From Octopus sinensis (Eukaryota): DNA of 64,000 bases. The notes under the pieces are model-generated. The model was not told the origin of the DNA. It saw only the letters and a program-made list of their open reading frames with translations, and made no database searches. The stretch covers positions 153,326,001 through 153,390,000 of the forward strand of contig NC_042999.1 in the NCBI RefSeq assembly GCF_006345805.1. The letters are read 5' to 3'. This document shows positions 13,911-26,772 of the stretch, piece by piece (the first letter of the stretch is position 1; the number at the start of each line of letters is the position of its first letter). A program made the translations under genes and the position numbers.

Positions 13911-14044
13911 CGCGATCGCGTTCAACCATCTTAATGATACCAATTATTGGACAGTTGTAGCTGGTGAATACGACTTGAGGAAAAATGAAAGCTATGAACA
14001 GTTTAGAGCCGTCGAAAAAATCATCAGACATGAAAACTCTACAA
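13911..14044 (+). CDS. Trypsin-like serine protease exon
   Basis: ggtAG|c gcg...aca a|GTAAGT. (N)AIAFNHLNDTNYWTVVAGEYDLRKNESYEQFRAVEKIIRHENST. Phase 2 in, phase 1 out, compatible with both neighbours. Confidence 0.92.
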
Positions 14045-14604
14045 GTAAGTTTTCTTTTTCTGTTTTCTATTTAATTCCTTTAAATTTTGGCACAAGGCCA
14101 GCAAATTTTAAGGAAAGAAGCAAGTCGATTACATCCACCCATGTACTTCACTGGTACCTTATTTTATAGTCTCCAAAATTACGAAAAGCGAGGTCAACCT
14201 AGGTGGTGGCACTTGAAATCAAAATTTATGCCGCTAAGCATTTCGTCCGGCGTATCAACGATTTTGACAGCATGCCGCTTTTCTTTTAGTATCAACATTT
14301 TCGCAATATCCGTTCACAGAGAAAACCGATTAATTTTCTGAGTCAGTTAAGGGGAAATAAGTGCCTATAACACTTTACAGAGCATCCAACAGTGGTGGGA
14401 AAAGAAGTGGAAGGGATTTTTAAACAGGTGGCTTAGCTTGAATGCTTACAAAAGTGGTTGGTCAGCTAAGGGCTACCAAAGTAAGAGGTGGGGTATCGAA
14501 CCGGGTGGTTGTGGATTAAGTCTACCACCCACGAAGGCCATGGCGTCTCCTCAATGCACCGCCTCTGGAGTGATATTTTTAAAAATCCATTCCGAAATGG
14601 TGAA

Positions 14605-14992
14605 TGGCAATGTTGACTACAAGGCAAAATTGATCTCGAGTAAAAGTTGATTCTCAGACAAAGTTGATTTCAAGACAAAGTTGATCTCGAGAAAAAGTTG
14701 ATCTCGGGACAAAGTTGATTTTGAGACAAAGTTGATCTCGAGACAAAGTTGATCTCAGACAAAGTTGATCTCAGACAAAGTTGATTTCGAGAAAAAGTTG
14801 ATCTCGAGACAAAGTTGATCTCGAGACAAACTTGATTTTGAGACAGGGTTCATCTCGAGACAAAGTTAATTTTGAGACAAAATTGATCTGAAGACAAAGC
14901 TGATCTCGAGAAAAGTTGATTTTGAGACAAAGTTGATCGCGAGACAAAGTTGATCTTGAGGCAATGTTGACTTCGAGCGAAATTTGATCTCG
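14605..14992. repeat. 17-bp minisatellite (~22 units, GACAAAGTTGATCTCGA)
   Basis: Direct tandem units; the first and last units match SINE-A ggcaaagtcgacctcg/gcggaatttgaactc. Confidence 0.9.
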
Positions 14993-15366
14993 CACTATCT
15001 TCATTGAATTTACAATTTTCACTCAACTCGTTCCTTGAAAGAAATTTCCTTAATATCCTTCGAAATTTTCGGGTGGTTCATTAAAAAGATTACATCTTCA
15101 AATTGTAAACTAATTGCTAAGTTTAAATGTCTTTTTGACATCAACTTTTGATGGAAATGACTGTGTGGTTATGAAGTTTGCTTTACAACCATGTGGTATC
15201 GGGTTAAGTACCACTGTGCAGTACCTTGTGCAAGAAACTTCTTCTATAACCATGGGCCGACTAATAACTTATAAGTGAGTTTAGTGTCGTGTGTACGATT
15301 TGAGGGAAACACGCACCCACACACGCACGCACATATATATACCTCCAAACACTTACACACACACAC

Positions 15367-15441
<75 letters not shown>

Positions 15442-16213
15442 TACACTCACATACATATACACACAACTGTACATGCATATATACATACACACTCATAAAT
15501 GTAAGCTCACCCTCCCCACACACACACTGACACATATATATATATACACACACACACACACATATATATATACACAAACACACCCACATACATACACACA
15601 AATATACATACATATATATACACGCACACACGTATATATACATACATATGATGTGTGTGTGTGTGTCTGTGCTTATCACGTCAACATCACTTGACAATCG
15701 TTTTACATTCCACTAACAAAGTGTTCGCTTCAAATTGTGGCACAAGGGGAGCAATTTTAGAGAAGGGGCCAAGTCGATTAAATCTATCCCACTATTCAAC
15801 TGATACTTATTTTATTTGACCCCCAAAAAGATGAAGGGCAAACTCAACCTACCCGATGGAATTTGAACTCAGAACGTAGACACGAAATGCTGCTAGGCAT
15901 TTTATCCGGCGTGCTAATGATTCTGCCAGCTCGCCGCACTAAATTCTATTAACAGGATATTAATCAACCAGAGTCTATAATAAAAGATACTTGTCCAGTG
16001 TTGTGTAGTGGGATCGAACGCGGAATTACTTGGTTGCAAGCAGCCTTCTTAACCGGACAGCCATGCCCTTTTCCTTTCTTTCTTTCTTTCTTTCTTTCTT
16101 TATTTATTTATTTATTTATTTATTCATTTATTTATTTCTTCCTTTTGAATTTTATTCATAACTTATCTACGTTTTCTCTTATTTTTTCAAATTTCCTGCC
16201 GTGGCCACCACAG

Positions 16214-16363
16214 TAAGACCTATGAGATATGACGCTGCATTATTGAAACTGCGAAAACCCGTTTTTATTAGCAAGTACGTCAAACCGACTCACCTTTACA
16301 AGAAAGAGTCTTTCGTTGTGGGTGAGACGTGTACTGTTACCGGATGGGGTAGCAATTCTACCG
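16214..16363 (+). CDS. Trypsin-like serine protease exon (catalytic Asp)
   Basis: cacAG|ta aga...acc g|GTAAGT. (I)RPMRYDAALLKLRKPVFISKYVKPTHLYKKESFVVGETCTVTGWGSNST, containing DAALLKL and CxVTGWG. Phase 1/1. Confidence 0.93.
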
Positions 16364-16736
16364 GTAAGTTAGTCGCCATTTTATTTATTTTTTTCTCTCT
16401 TGTGCTCATTAAGAAGACAGGCAGGCAAATGAAATAGGCTTTATTATTATATTTACATGGAATATAAAGTACAAAGTACAAAATATAAAATAAACTTAAG
16501 TTATGTAATAGCCTGTCGTAGGTGTGTGTGGAATAACACAAGTTCCTACGAATCCGTGTGGCAAGGCCATGTCACCCGCGTCGGAAAAATGTGGCAAAAA
16601 TCTTTCAGCCAGAGAGGAGTCGCCATATTTCTTTTCGGATGTGCTATCTCCGAAAAGCACGTGTTTTATTTAGTACCCGGTGGACAATCGATTCATTAGA
16701 TCGGCTGAAATAGATAAATAATGTTACATACTTTGA

Positions 16737-16977
<241 letters not shown>

Positions 16978-17569
16978 GGTAGCTGCGCCCTCGTTATCGA
17001 GTATGGCCATTGCACGAAGCTTAATCAATGTTGTTATCGTGCAATGCCTGTGCAAGAAGATTTTTTTAAAGTGAGGAAAGACTGTGCCCTGAGTCAATCC
17101 CACTCACTAAGCAACAGCAGCCATAATCCGAAAAGAAGAACAAGTCAACATCATCGGTAACCACTGAGCCGCAGGTTTTATGTCGGAGTTATCCCAGTTA
17201 CCTGAGTTACCTTCTCCTAGAAGGATGCCCTAACAAAGGCTAGGAGTCCTTCACTCCCAATGGTTTAGCTGCGCGATCGGGTATTCAGTCCGATTATTTC
17301 TATGTCCCCGCGCATGATACTGCCTAAGACATTTATTGGATGGCCGTTGACTCTCAAGAGTTCCTCCGCCCTTTGACAGGTTTTGTTTTTCATCCCGCAG
17401 GTTGTCCAATAAACACCCTCCTCACCAAGCAAGCTTGGTGAGATTGCCAGTTCAGTCGCCGACGACCCGACCATGCAACAGGTGGTACTGGGTTACATGT
17501 TACCAGTAGCACTCGAAAGTGACCTGACATACATACATACATACATACATACATACATACATACATACA

Positions 17570-17600
<31 letters not shown>

Positions 17601-18054
17601 GACACTCCGTTCGCTATAACGACGGGTGTTTCAGTTGGTTCGATCGATGGATTAGGCTGCTCTTGAAATTAACGCGCAACTGGCTGAGTACTCCACGGAC
17701 ACGCGTACCCAAAATGTAGTTCTCAGTGAGACTCACCATGACACAGAATGTGACAAGGGTGGTCCTTTTTGAAACACAGGTATTACTCATTTTTTTACCA
17801 GCTGAGTAGACTGGAGCAATGTGTAATAAGGTACCTTGCTCAAAGAAACAACACCCGCCAGGAATCGAACTCACGACCTTGTGATCGTGAGCCGATTACG
17901 CTAACCACTAAGCCACGTTTTCGCACACACACGTTATATGTACACAGATATGACAGAAGTAAATAGACATCCTTATAATCATTAAAATTTATTTAAATCT
18001 GAAATTATATATTCAAATTATTTATTAATTGTTATAATGGGAATATTTAATATT

Positions 18055-18920
18055 TAGTGGACATGCCCTTTGCATTTTTCAAAGAAAGGACCCTATTATG
18101 CATATGATTAGATGACGAATATTCTTTTGCGGAATTTCTTGCCAAGTTTCATGCAGTAATCTCAAAAGATCTGATTTCGAAGATGTTTTCTTGTTCTTTT
18201 TTTTTAAGTGCCCTGTCCACTATGTCCCAGAGGTGTTCTATAGGGTCCATATCTGGTGACTGGCTTGACTATGGAAGCTTTTTAATGCCATTCTCAGCCG
18301 ACAAATCTTGGGTCATTTTAATATAGAGTCTTCTTTTATCGTTTCACTACTAGAGAAGATAGGAAGGAGTCCTCTCTGCAATATGGACACATATTTATCT
18401 GAGTTTATGTTTCCCTTACACTCCACCAGCTCTGATCAACCATTTCTCCAAATTGCTCCCCAGACCATCGCAGAATAGCTGCCGTTTCATTGTTGGCTGC
18501 AATCGTTTCACATCAAATTTTTGATCACAGAGTCTCCAGACCCACATTCGACAACTGTTAGGAAATACAGCAAATTTGGACTCATCAGTGAATATGACAG
18601 TGTCCCAAAATGCTAGTGGCCTCTCCACCATCTCACTGGCTCAGTCTTTTCTCCGCTTGTTGTTGGCTGGTCGAAGAAGTGGCTTCCTTCTTGTTGCTCT
18701 GCCATAGTAACCAAGTTCAGAGACTGACATCAACCTGTTCTGCTATGCCAGAGGCCTTGCAACAAAGATTATCCTCCACACTTCTCTTAACAAAGAGAAG
18801 GGTCCTGTCAGAGAATGATGTGGTGATGTGGACCCTCTGGTGTATTGTACAATTATAAAAAATATAAACTTTAACAACTCAGAATAAACATAAAACGATG
18901 TCTTATGGCGTGTCTATTTA
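18055..18920 (-). mobile_element. Degenerate Tc1-like (DD34E-type) transposon
   Basis: TVIFTDESKF and SQSPDMDPIEHLWDIVDRAL motifs with stops and frameshifts; weak terminal inverted similarity. Confidence 0.8.
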
Positions 18921-19213
18921 CTTCTGTTATGTTTGTGTGTGTATATATGTGTGTTATGTGTGTGTGTGCGTTTATACAGTATGTATGTGAGTATGTATAT
19001 GTGTGATGAGGTTTATTTGTCCTGCCACTATCATGACTGGATGAAACTTAACGAGGACGTAAACGAACTGGTGATGGTTTCTTTACGTCCCCGTTACATT
19101 ATCAGCTCCATAAATGAAACCGACTCTATCGATGTGATCCATTTTTTTTTCTTTCTTATTGTGTTATTTATTGATATCTCTACTCTCATTCATTATATTT
19201 CCTTTCTTTACAG

Positions 19214-19374
19214 CCGGCAAAGGTTCTGCAATACCTTACCAAGCGAATATAGATATCATTTCTGACGACGCCTGCAAAGCAAAGCTGTCTGTTTTGCCAA
19301 ACAAGGGAACAAGATTGTTTACATTTTATGACGCTGCTTTCTGTGCCATGGGCAACTCCACAGATGCCTGTAAT
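19214..19374 (+). CDS. Trypsin-like serine protease exon (S1 pocket Asp189)
   Basis: ctttacAG|cc ggc...tgt aat|GTAACT. (A)GKGSAIPYQANIDIISDDACKAKLSVLPNKGTRLFTFYDAAFCAMGNSTDACN. Phase 1 in, phase 0 out. Confidence 0.92.
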
Positions 19375-19411
19375 GTAACTGTCATTTTCTTGTTATTATT
19401 TCATAACACGT

Positions 19412-19720
19412 GGAGGCGCAATGGCACAGTGGTTTAGGCAGCGAACTCGTGGTCGCAGGATCGCGGTTTCGATTCCCAGACCGGGCGTTGTGAGTGTTTA
19501 TTGAGCGAAAACACCTAAAGCTCCATGAGGCTCCGGCAGGGGATGGTGGCGATCCCTGCTGTACTCTTTCGCCACAACTTTCTCTCACTCTTTCATCTGT
19601 TGGCCTGCTCGCTTAGCCAGCGGGGTGGCGTCATTTGAAGGCTAAAACAATGCGAAGCGCATTGTGACCAGCGATGTGTAAAAACATCTGATAGCCTGGT
19701 CGGTCACGGTGATCACGGTG
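19412..19720 (+). mobile_element. tRNA-type SINE family B
   Basis: Head ggaggcgcaatggcacagtggtt...ggtttcgattccc (A/B boxes); starts 37 bp after a protease exon donor. Confidence 0.85.
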
Positions 19721-20282
19721 ATTTCATTACACACTAGCTTAAAAGCTGCACTCCACGCAGACCTTTTAGCTAGCTCCCGCGGAGGGCTAACCGGAACTGG
19801 AACCCAAAATTGAAGAGAACTATATAGCATAACTATAATACTTCTATAATGACTATATTCCCCGGTGGGGGTTTGCTCAGAGGTTAAGGACGGATAAGAA
19901 TTAATTCTGTAATGCAATCATTCTATTGTTTCAGTCCCAACTTGACTTCCAACTGTTGGCCAATTTGTCCCAAAGTTCTTATCTCGACGTAAAATTAACG
20001 AAGCGAATGTCATTTATCGCCTCCTTGATCTCTGATGTCATCTGACAAACGCCAGCCATGATGGCCTATATCAGCCAAGCTTTATCTGCTAAAAATAGCA
20101 ACCTAAATGCTTTTAAATCAGATCCCAGTACTGGATGTTCAAGAACCAAATAAAAGGCAGATTTTCAATCCCGGGATCAGTCTGATTCCCAAAAGGTTTA
20201 ATATTTCTTCATATAACAAATGTAGACTGAGATACAGGGGTTCCAGACGGACAGACAGAATTTCGCATTTTTTATTATAGAT

Positions 20283-20474
20283 CCGTGGTTCCCAACCTGG
20301 AGTCCACGGACCCCTGCTAGTCTGCAAAGGTAGTGCTGGAGGTCCGTGAACTCAATTCAAAATTTCATATATATAAGGATAAGCATATTAAAAGAAGTTT
20401 GTGGGAAAACTCATTTAAAGAAAAGGCTTGGAAACCACTGTTAGTAACCACTGTGAAAAGGTTGGGAACTGCTT
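20283..20474. mobile_element. hAT-type MITE
   Basis: ccgtggttcccaacct / aggttgggaactgctt termini; 8-bp TSD ttatagat/gtatagat (7/8). Confidence 0.75.
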
Positions 20475-20483
20475 GTATAGATG

Positions 20484-21045
20484 AAGGCGGTTAGCTATCT
20501 GAATCGTTAACACGCTGGACAAAATGCTGAGCGGTATTTCGTCTGCCGCTACGTTCTGAGTTCAAATTCCGCCGAGGTCGACTTTGCTTTTCATCCTTTC
20601 GGGGTCGATTAAATAAGTACCAGTTACGCACTCGAGTCGATATAATCGACTTAATCCGTTTGTCTGTCCTTGTTTGTCCTCTCTGTGTTTAGCCCCTTGT
20701 GGGTAGTAAAGAAATCGGTATTTCGTCTGAGTGTCGACTTTGCCTTTTATCCTTTCGGGTCGATAAATTAAGTACCAGTTGCGTACTGGGGTCGATCTAA
20801 TCGACTAGCCCCCTCCCCAAAAAATTTCGGGCTTTGCGCCTAGAGTAGAAAATGATATATAAAGAGCAGTGAATAAGACATTCACTGATATTGCGAAAAA
20901 CTTGCCGAGCTGAAATAAACTCGGTGTACGTAATTGAAACAGAATTTGACGTATATACATCGCTGTCTTTGTTTGTCCTCTCTGTGTTTAGTTCCTTGTG
21001 GGTAGTAAAGAAATAGGTATTTCGTCTGCCGTTACGTTCTGTAGG
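20484..21045 (+). mobile_element. SINE family A composite (tail-A unit, tail-B unit, extension)
   Basis: Same body sequence as the 2.4-kb array; junction aaagaaatc|ggtatttcgtc. Confidence 0.8.
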
Positions 21046-21489
21046 CAATAAAGAAATGAGATTATTAGAAGGCGCCCAGCCAAGAGAACTATTACCGCAT
21101 CGGACAAAGTATCAGATAGCAATTCTTCCGGTTCTTAACATTCTGAATTAAAATCCCGCCGAAGTTGACTTTTCATATTTTCTGTGTTGCTAAAATAAGT
21201 ACTTTTCAAACAGTGAGGTCAATGTACTCGCCTGCTTTTGCCCTCAAAATTGTAGGTTGTGTGCCAAAATTAGAAAGAACTGCTTTATTACCCGTTTCAA
21301 ATAGTTATTACTATTGTGAGCTCCCATATCAGCCTTGATCGAACAAACCTATCGTCTGAAGCGCTCCAAGCGTGACCATTGCATCCTGTTCTTATTCAAA
21401 TTATGCTTGTAAGATTTATGCTTGTAAGATGAGTAATATAGCCAATGCATTCTCCAATTCTTCAGACAGGATAATGTATTTGAAGGATA

Positions 21490-21830
21490 TAAGGAAATTT
21501 GGCTGTCACTTCTGCAAATCGAGAAAAATTTGATTGTTATTTCTACAAAGTTGAGAAAAATTTGGTTTCTATATCTATCAAGTTAAGGAAAATTTGGTTG
21601 CTATTTCTAGCAAGTAAATGGAAATTTGGCTGCTATTTCTTCGAAATCAAGGAAAATTAGTTGCTTTTTCTACTAGTCGGGGGGAATATGATCGCTATTT
21701 CTACTAAGTCGAGGAAAATTTGATTGTTATTTTTTCCGAGTTGAAGGAAATTTAGCTGCTATTTCTATCATGTGGAAGAAATTTAGCTGATGTTACTACA
21801 AAACCGAGGGAAATTTGGTTGCTATTTCTC
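21490..21830. repeat. ~32-bp degenerate minisatellite (~11 units, GGAAATTTGGCTGCTATTTCTA...)
   Basis: Tandem diverged units; a single monomer-like copy lies on the minus strand near 20085-20110. Confidence 0.8.
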
Positions 21831-23131
21831 TCACAAACGGTTCCCTTCCTTCGCCCGTGTGTCTATGACTTATTTTCGGGCTGGATTTCGCCGTCAACTC
21901 TTCATCTAGCCACTCGTTCTTTGCCTGCAGAATACAGGTGGTTAGGTACGGGATTTGTATTACTTTATTTTTATCATATTGGAATTTGCGAAGAATATGT
22001 ATCTAAAATGTTAGATACACCACATTTTAAACTGTTTAATCATTGGTTAACAGTTTGTCTAATGACAGGAATGACATAGAACTGTTATTGTTTTGCTTTA
22101 GGTGTTTTCGCTCAATGAACACTCACAACGCCTGGTCTGGGAATCGAAACCGCGATCCTACGACCACGAGTCTGCTGCCCTAACCACTGGGCCTCCAATA
22201 TATATATATATAAAATGAGATAGGGGTTGTAAATTCAACCCTCCATGGATAACATATATCCAATATACTGCTAGAGAAGTACCCAACAAAGCTAATACAT
22301 AAATGTTAAGAATTGCGATGTAATTAATTCATTTACTGTATTAGGTGGGCAAAGGTAAAATTATTTTTACCATAAATTAATAATACAAAATAAGAAAATG
22401 GAGAAATATATCTAAATCATTCATCAATTATCAGATAATACCGAATCATATACTTTATTAAAACACTACACAAGAGCATTAAGATTAGACATTAATACAG
22501 TACAATAATTACAATCAATATAATGAGATATAACTAAATAAATATAACAAGATATAAAATACATATACATTATAACTGGCAGCTGTGTATTGTGGTGTAT
22601 TGCAGCGATTCTTCATCAAAAGTAGAGTCCAGAGTAATCTATAGGTAGGAGAGGTGCAGCCGGAGTGTAAAAAGTCCATATATATATATATATATATATA
22701 TATTGACGAACATAGCACTAGATATAACAAAATACTGGATGATGGTAGCCTGAACGTGTTCGACCGCAGGCCTGCTTAGTGGGCTTACCAAAAACAACAG
22801 CATCAACTTTTGATTAAGTTATACAGTGAAATGCTGTACTGGTGCGTGACTGAGTAGGGAATACGGCTCACGATCGCAAGGATGTGAGTTCGATTCCCGG
22901 TTTCGCCTTATGTCTTTGAGTAAGAGACTTTATTCCTCTGTGTCGCGCCAAATCTCCCGGAGAACTGCGTTACAGGGACGCATGTCTGTGGAGTGCTCGG
23001 TCACTTGCACGTCAATTTAACGAGTAGACTGTTCCGTTGATCGGATCAGCTAGAACACTCGTCATCGTAACCGACGGAGTACCGGTTTAATAACGAAATG
23101 CATATATATCATGTTGATTCGATGTAGACAT

Positions 23132-23540
23132 GTAGGAGTGGCTGTGTGGTAAGTAGCTTGTTTACCAACCACATGGTTCCGGGTTCAGTCCCACTGCGTG
23201 GCATCTTAGACAAGTGTCTTCTACTATAGCCTTGGGTCGACCAAAGCCTTGTGAGTGGATTTGGTAGACGGAAACTGAAAGAAGCCCGTCATATATATGT
23301 ATATATATATACATGTATGTGTGTGTGTGTGTGTTGGTGTGTCTGCGTTTGTCCCCCAGCATCGCTTGACAACCGATGCTGGTGTGTTTACGTCCCCGTA
23401 ACCTAGCGGTTCGGCAAAAGAGTCCGATAGAATAAGTACTAGACTTACAAAGAATAAGTCCCGGGGTCGATTTGCACGACTAAAAGGCGGTGCTCCAGCA
23501 TGGCCACAGTCAAATAACTGAAACAAGTAAAAAGTAAAGT
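23132..23540 (+). mobile_element. tRNA-type SINE family C with CORE-like block and internal (TA)/(TG) microsatellite
   Basis: Head gtggctgtgtggtaag...gggttcagtccc, then gcatcttagacaagtgtcttc. Other copies or fragments lie near 12340, 12770, 15170, 25990, 26560, 27570, 34620, 39100, 40430, 46380, 52300, 52700, 53297, 53790, 54380 and 63075. Confidence 0.85.
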
Positions 23541-23590
23541 AAAAAAAACGTATGTATTAGTTTTTCTAATATATTTGTTTTATACGGTAG

Positions 23591-23746
23591 GGTGATTCCG
23601 GAGGGCCGCTTCAGTGTTGCAGGAACGGCGAATGGATTGTTGTTGGAATAGTATCATTCGGTCTCAGATGTGGGATATTTCCAGGAGGCTACGCAAACGT
23701 GAATTATTTCTACGATTGGATCCAAGACAAAATAAACAACCAGTAA
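23591..23746 (+). CDS. Trypsin-like serine protease last coding exon (catalytic Ser, stop)
   Basis: ggtAG|GDSGGPLQCCRNGEWIVVGIVSFGLRCGIFPGGYANVNYFYDWIQDKINNQ*. Joins the previous exon as DACN|GDSGGP. An AATAAA lies near 23961. Confidence 0.96.
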   Translation, partial: GDSGGPLQCCRNGEWIVVGIVSFGLRCGIFPGGYANVNYFYDWIQDKINNQ

Positions 23747-23835
23747 CAATTACATTTTCTGTCTTCTGTTTTTTCTCTTCTTTTAACTTCACCGAGTGAC
23801 ACGACAACGATAGTAACAGCAGCAGCAGCTAATGC

Positions 23836-23881
<46 letters not shown>

Positions 23882-23913
23882 TAATAATAATAATAATAAT
23901 AATAATGATGATG

Positions 23914-23962
<49 letters not shown>

Positions 23963-23989
23963 TAAATTTGTAAATGAACAATCTAGTGT

Positions 23990-24090
23990 GATTATTTTAA
24001 TGGCCTACAAATGTATACTGTGCGTTTCTCTGCCCTAGGTGTCATGAAGACAATCGGCAAGAAAATGAAACAGAATTGAAAGAAGATGAT
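23990..24090 (+). mobile_element. Remnant of the Dong-like 3' UTR in the (AAT)n tract downstream of the protease stop
   Basis: Aligns by eye with 8850-8935 (atggcctac.aatgtatact...gccctagg.gtc..gaagaca.tcggcaagaaa). Confidence 0.7.
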
Positions 24091-24489
24091 AATGGAAGTG
24101 ATAATAATGATAATAATAATAAGTAACGGAACTTATCACAAAACCAAGCAAAAGAACGGCGGACTGATAAACATAGATATTATAAAATAGTTGATTTAGG
24201 AGTTACACACACACACACTACTATGCAACCCCCCTCCAAAATAAACTCATACTGTAAATACCCGATAAAATGAACAAAACCCACAACATATGCCATAGAA
24301 GGCCGATACCCGACAGAACACAACCTGCACTACACAAACAACAAGCAATATAAAAACTAATACAACCGAAGACTCAAGCAAAGCCCCATAACAAAATGTA
24401 CTGATAAAATACAGTATCCACCCACCCACTCCGCCAAAAAAGGCAGCTCACACCACCCCACCAGCACAAAGGTACACACAGAACAGCCA

Positions 24490-24900
24490 TTGGCTTGCCG
24501 TGTCCCTAGAACATGTACCGAGAGTGATAAAAATCAAACATCCAGTCAACATCATAGTGTTTGAAGTGATCACTAGTGATGGCGACTTTATGCCTTCAAT
24601 TCATCTTCCCGCACGGCCTCACACTCAACACGGAAGCCTACATCAAGTGCCTGGAGGAAATTGCTCTGCCCTGGGTGAAGAGGATGGCTGCTGGAGGACT
24701 CTATGTCTGGCAACAGGACTCTGCACCATGCCACCCAAGAAGGAGAACCCAATCATGGTGTCAGACAATTTTTGCGACCACATTACCCCTGCCATCTGGC
24801 CACATACCTCCTCGGACTGCAACCTCGTTCGTTATTATGCGTAGGGCGCGGTTGAACGAGAGACCAACAAAACTATTTCTAAGACCAAAGATGAACTTTG
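24490..24900 (+). mobile_element. Degenerate Tc1/mariner (maT/DD37D-like) transposase fragment
   Basis: KHPVNI.VF.VITSDGD, VWQQDSAPCH, IWP...SDCN and AVERETNK. DD37D spacing is inferred from a repaired frame. Confidence 0.8.
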
Positions 24901-25134
24901 GTCTTTATTCACCGCACTCTGTATATATCTAGGGAGAGAGAGAAAGAGAGAGAGAGAGAGGAGAGAGAGAGAGAAGGAGAAAGAGAGGGAGAAACAAAGA
25001 TAGAGAGGTGAAGGAGGGAGAAAGCGATGAGACTTGAGAGAGAAAAAGAATGCTTATATATATATATATATATATGTGTTGGAAAGTTTGCTCCTACACG
25101 CATTTTTTTTCTCTCCTTGGTTCTTTTCTGTGTA

Positions 25135-25172
25135 TCTTTCTGTCGAAGAGCGTAGGCTCGAAACGTAAAAGA
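25135..25172 (+). ncRNA. Minimal hammerhead motif, CUGUCGA core variant
   Basis: UCUUU-CUGUCGA-A-GAGC(GUAG)GCUC-GAAA-CGUA-AAAGA; 5-bp stem I; A6 replaced by U. Confidence 0.55.
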
Positions 25173-26080
25173 CTTGTTTTATTTCTATTCCTGAGCGCCA
25201 TACTAATACAATTGTTTGTTTGTACTCCACCTGCCTTCGTCTTTTGTTTATTTTCGTAAACCTTCCCGTTATATCTATATATATACAAACCGGCTCTTTC
25301 TCTATTGGCAAAAAATCTTTAAATAAAGCTGAACAAACATACATACATACATACATACACACATACACACACACATACATACATACATACATACATACAT
25401 ACATACATACATACATACATACATACATACATACATACATACATACATACATACGTACGTACGTACATACATACATAAGCACATATATACATATATACAT
25501 TCTATGTAGTGGAAAACGTTTATGGGAGACAAAATGTCGAACGAAAATCCTACTGACAGAAGATCCAAATCGTTTAGGTTCTGATTATCTCCCTTGAACC
25601 ATTTCACTGAAAATAATGATATTTTGTAAATGTCGATGAAATTTATATTACAGTATATATTCTTTGTTCAATTTCTCCTGGAAAACGGAATTCCTGTTTG
25701 TAAATTTTTGTAAAACTAACGTAGAGTTGTTCGTTCGGGCAGCTAAATCTCTATCTAACCAATAAACTACGTTAGCATTGTGAGTTTCGGTCACGAAAAA
25801 TACGATTAAAATTAATGACTGCAAAAGAAGAACGACAGAACGGTGAAGTTTTATCTTTTGATTCCTTAAGTCAAGGAAATATAGTCATGAAGGGTTTTAG
25901 TCCAACAAATGGAGCTCTATGCTTGTGTTTTTTTTTTCTGTATTTAAAATCATTTGCTGAACTGTTAAGTAGTAGGGACGCAAACAAACCAATACCGTGG
26001 CAGGCTGCAGGTGATTAACACACCAACATCGGTTGTGAAGCTATATTGGGGGGAGGGCAAACACAGGTACGCACACACAC

Positions 26081-26123
<43 letters not shown>

Positions 26124-26333
26124 CTTCTTTCAGTTTCCGTCATTCAAATCCACTCAGAAAGCTTTGATTGGCCCGAGGCTATAGTAAAAGACACTTACCT
26201 AAGATGCTACGCAATGGGACTGAACTCGGAGCCATGTGGCTGGGAAGCAAGCTTCTTACCACACAGCCACGCCTACGCCTATACATACATACATACATAC
26301 ATACATACATACATACATACATACATACATACA

Positions 26334-26365
<32 letters not shown>

Positions 26366-26772
26366 AGACTATGTCAGAATCAGTGAAACAGTGAACGAAT
26401 AATCACTAGCTTATATTTGATTACGTCCCTTTGAGTAATAAGTTCAAATCCTAGGCTTGACTTAATTTCCTTCCGATTTTTGATTAAGCACATTTTTGAT
26501 TATTGCGGCGAAAAGGTATTTCAGTCGTGACCATCCTGCTGTCTACCTTTTTTTATAGGTGGAGGGAGGCTGTGTGGATTTAGTAGACGGAAACTGAAAG
26601 AAGCCCGTCGTATATATATATATATATAAATGTATGTATGCATATGTTTGTGTCTGTGTTTGCCCCCCCCCCAACATCACTTGACAACCGATGATAGATT
26701 GTTTACATCCCTGTAAATTAGCGGTTCGGCAAAAGAGACCGATGGAATAAGTCCTGGGGTGGATGGCCGCTG

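Noticed and set aside
14605-14992. CRISPR-like regular repeats (also 21490-21830 and the SINE arrays)
   Set aside because: Units are contiguous with no unique spacers, there are no cas genes, and the context is eukaryotic.
19412-19480. tRNA gene-like A/B boxes at SINE heads
   Set aside because: No full cloverleaf, and each continues into a multi-copy SINE body, so these are tRNA-derived heads rather than tRNA genes.
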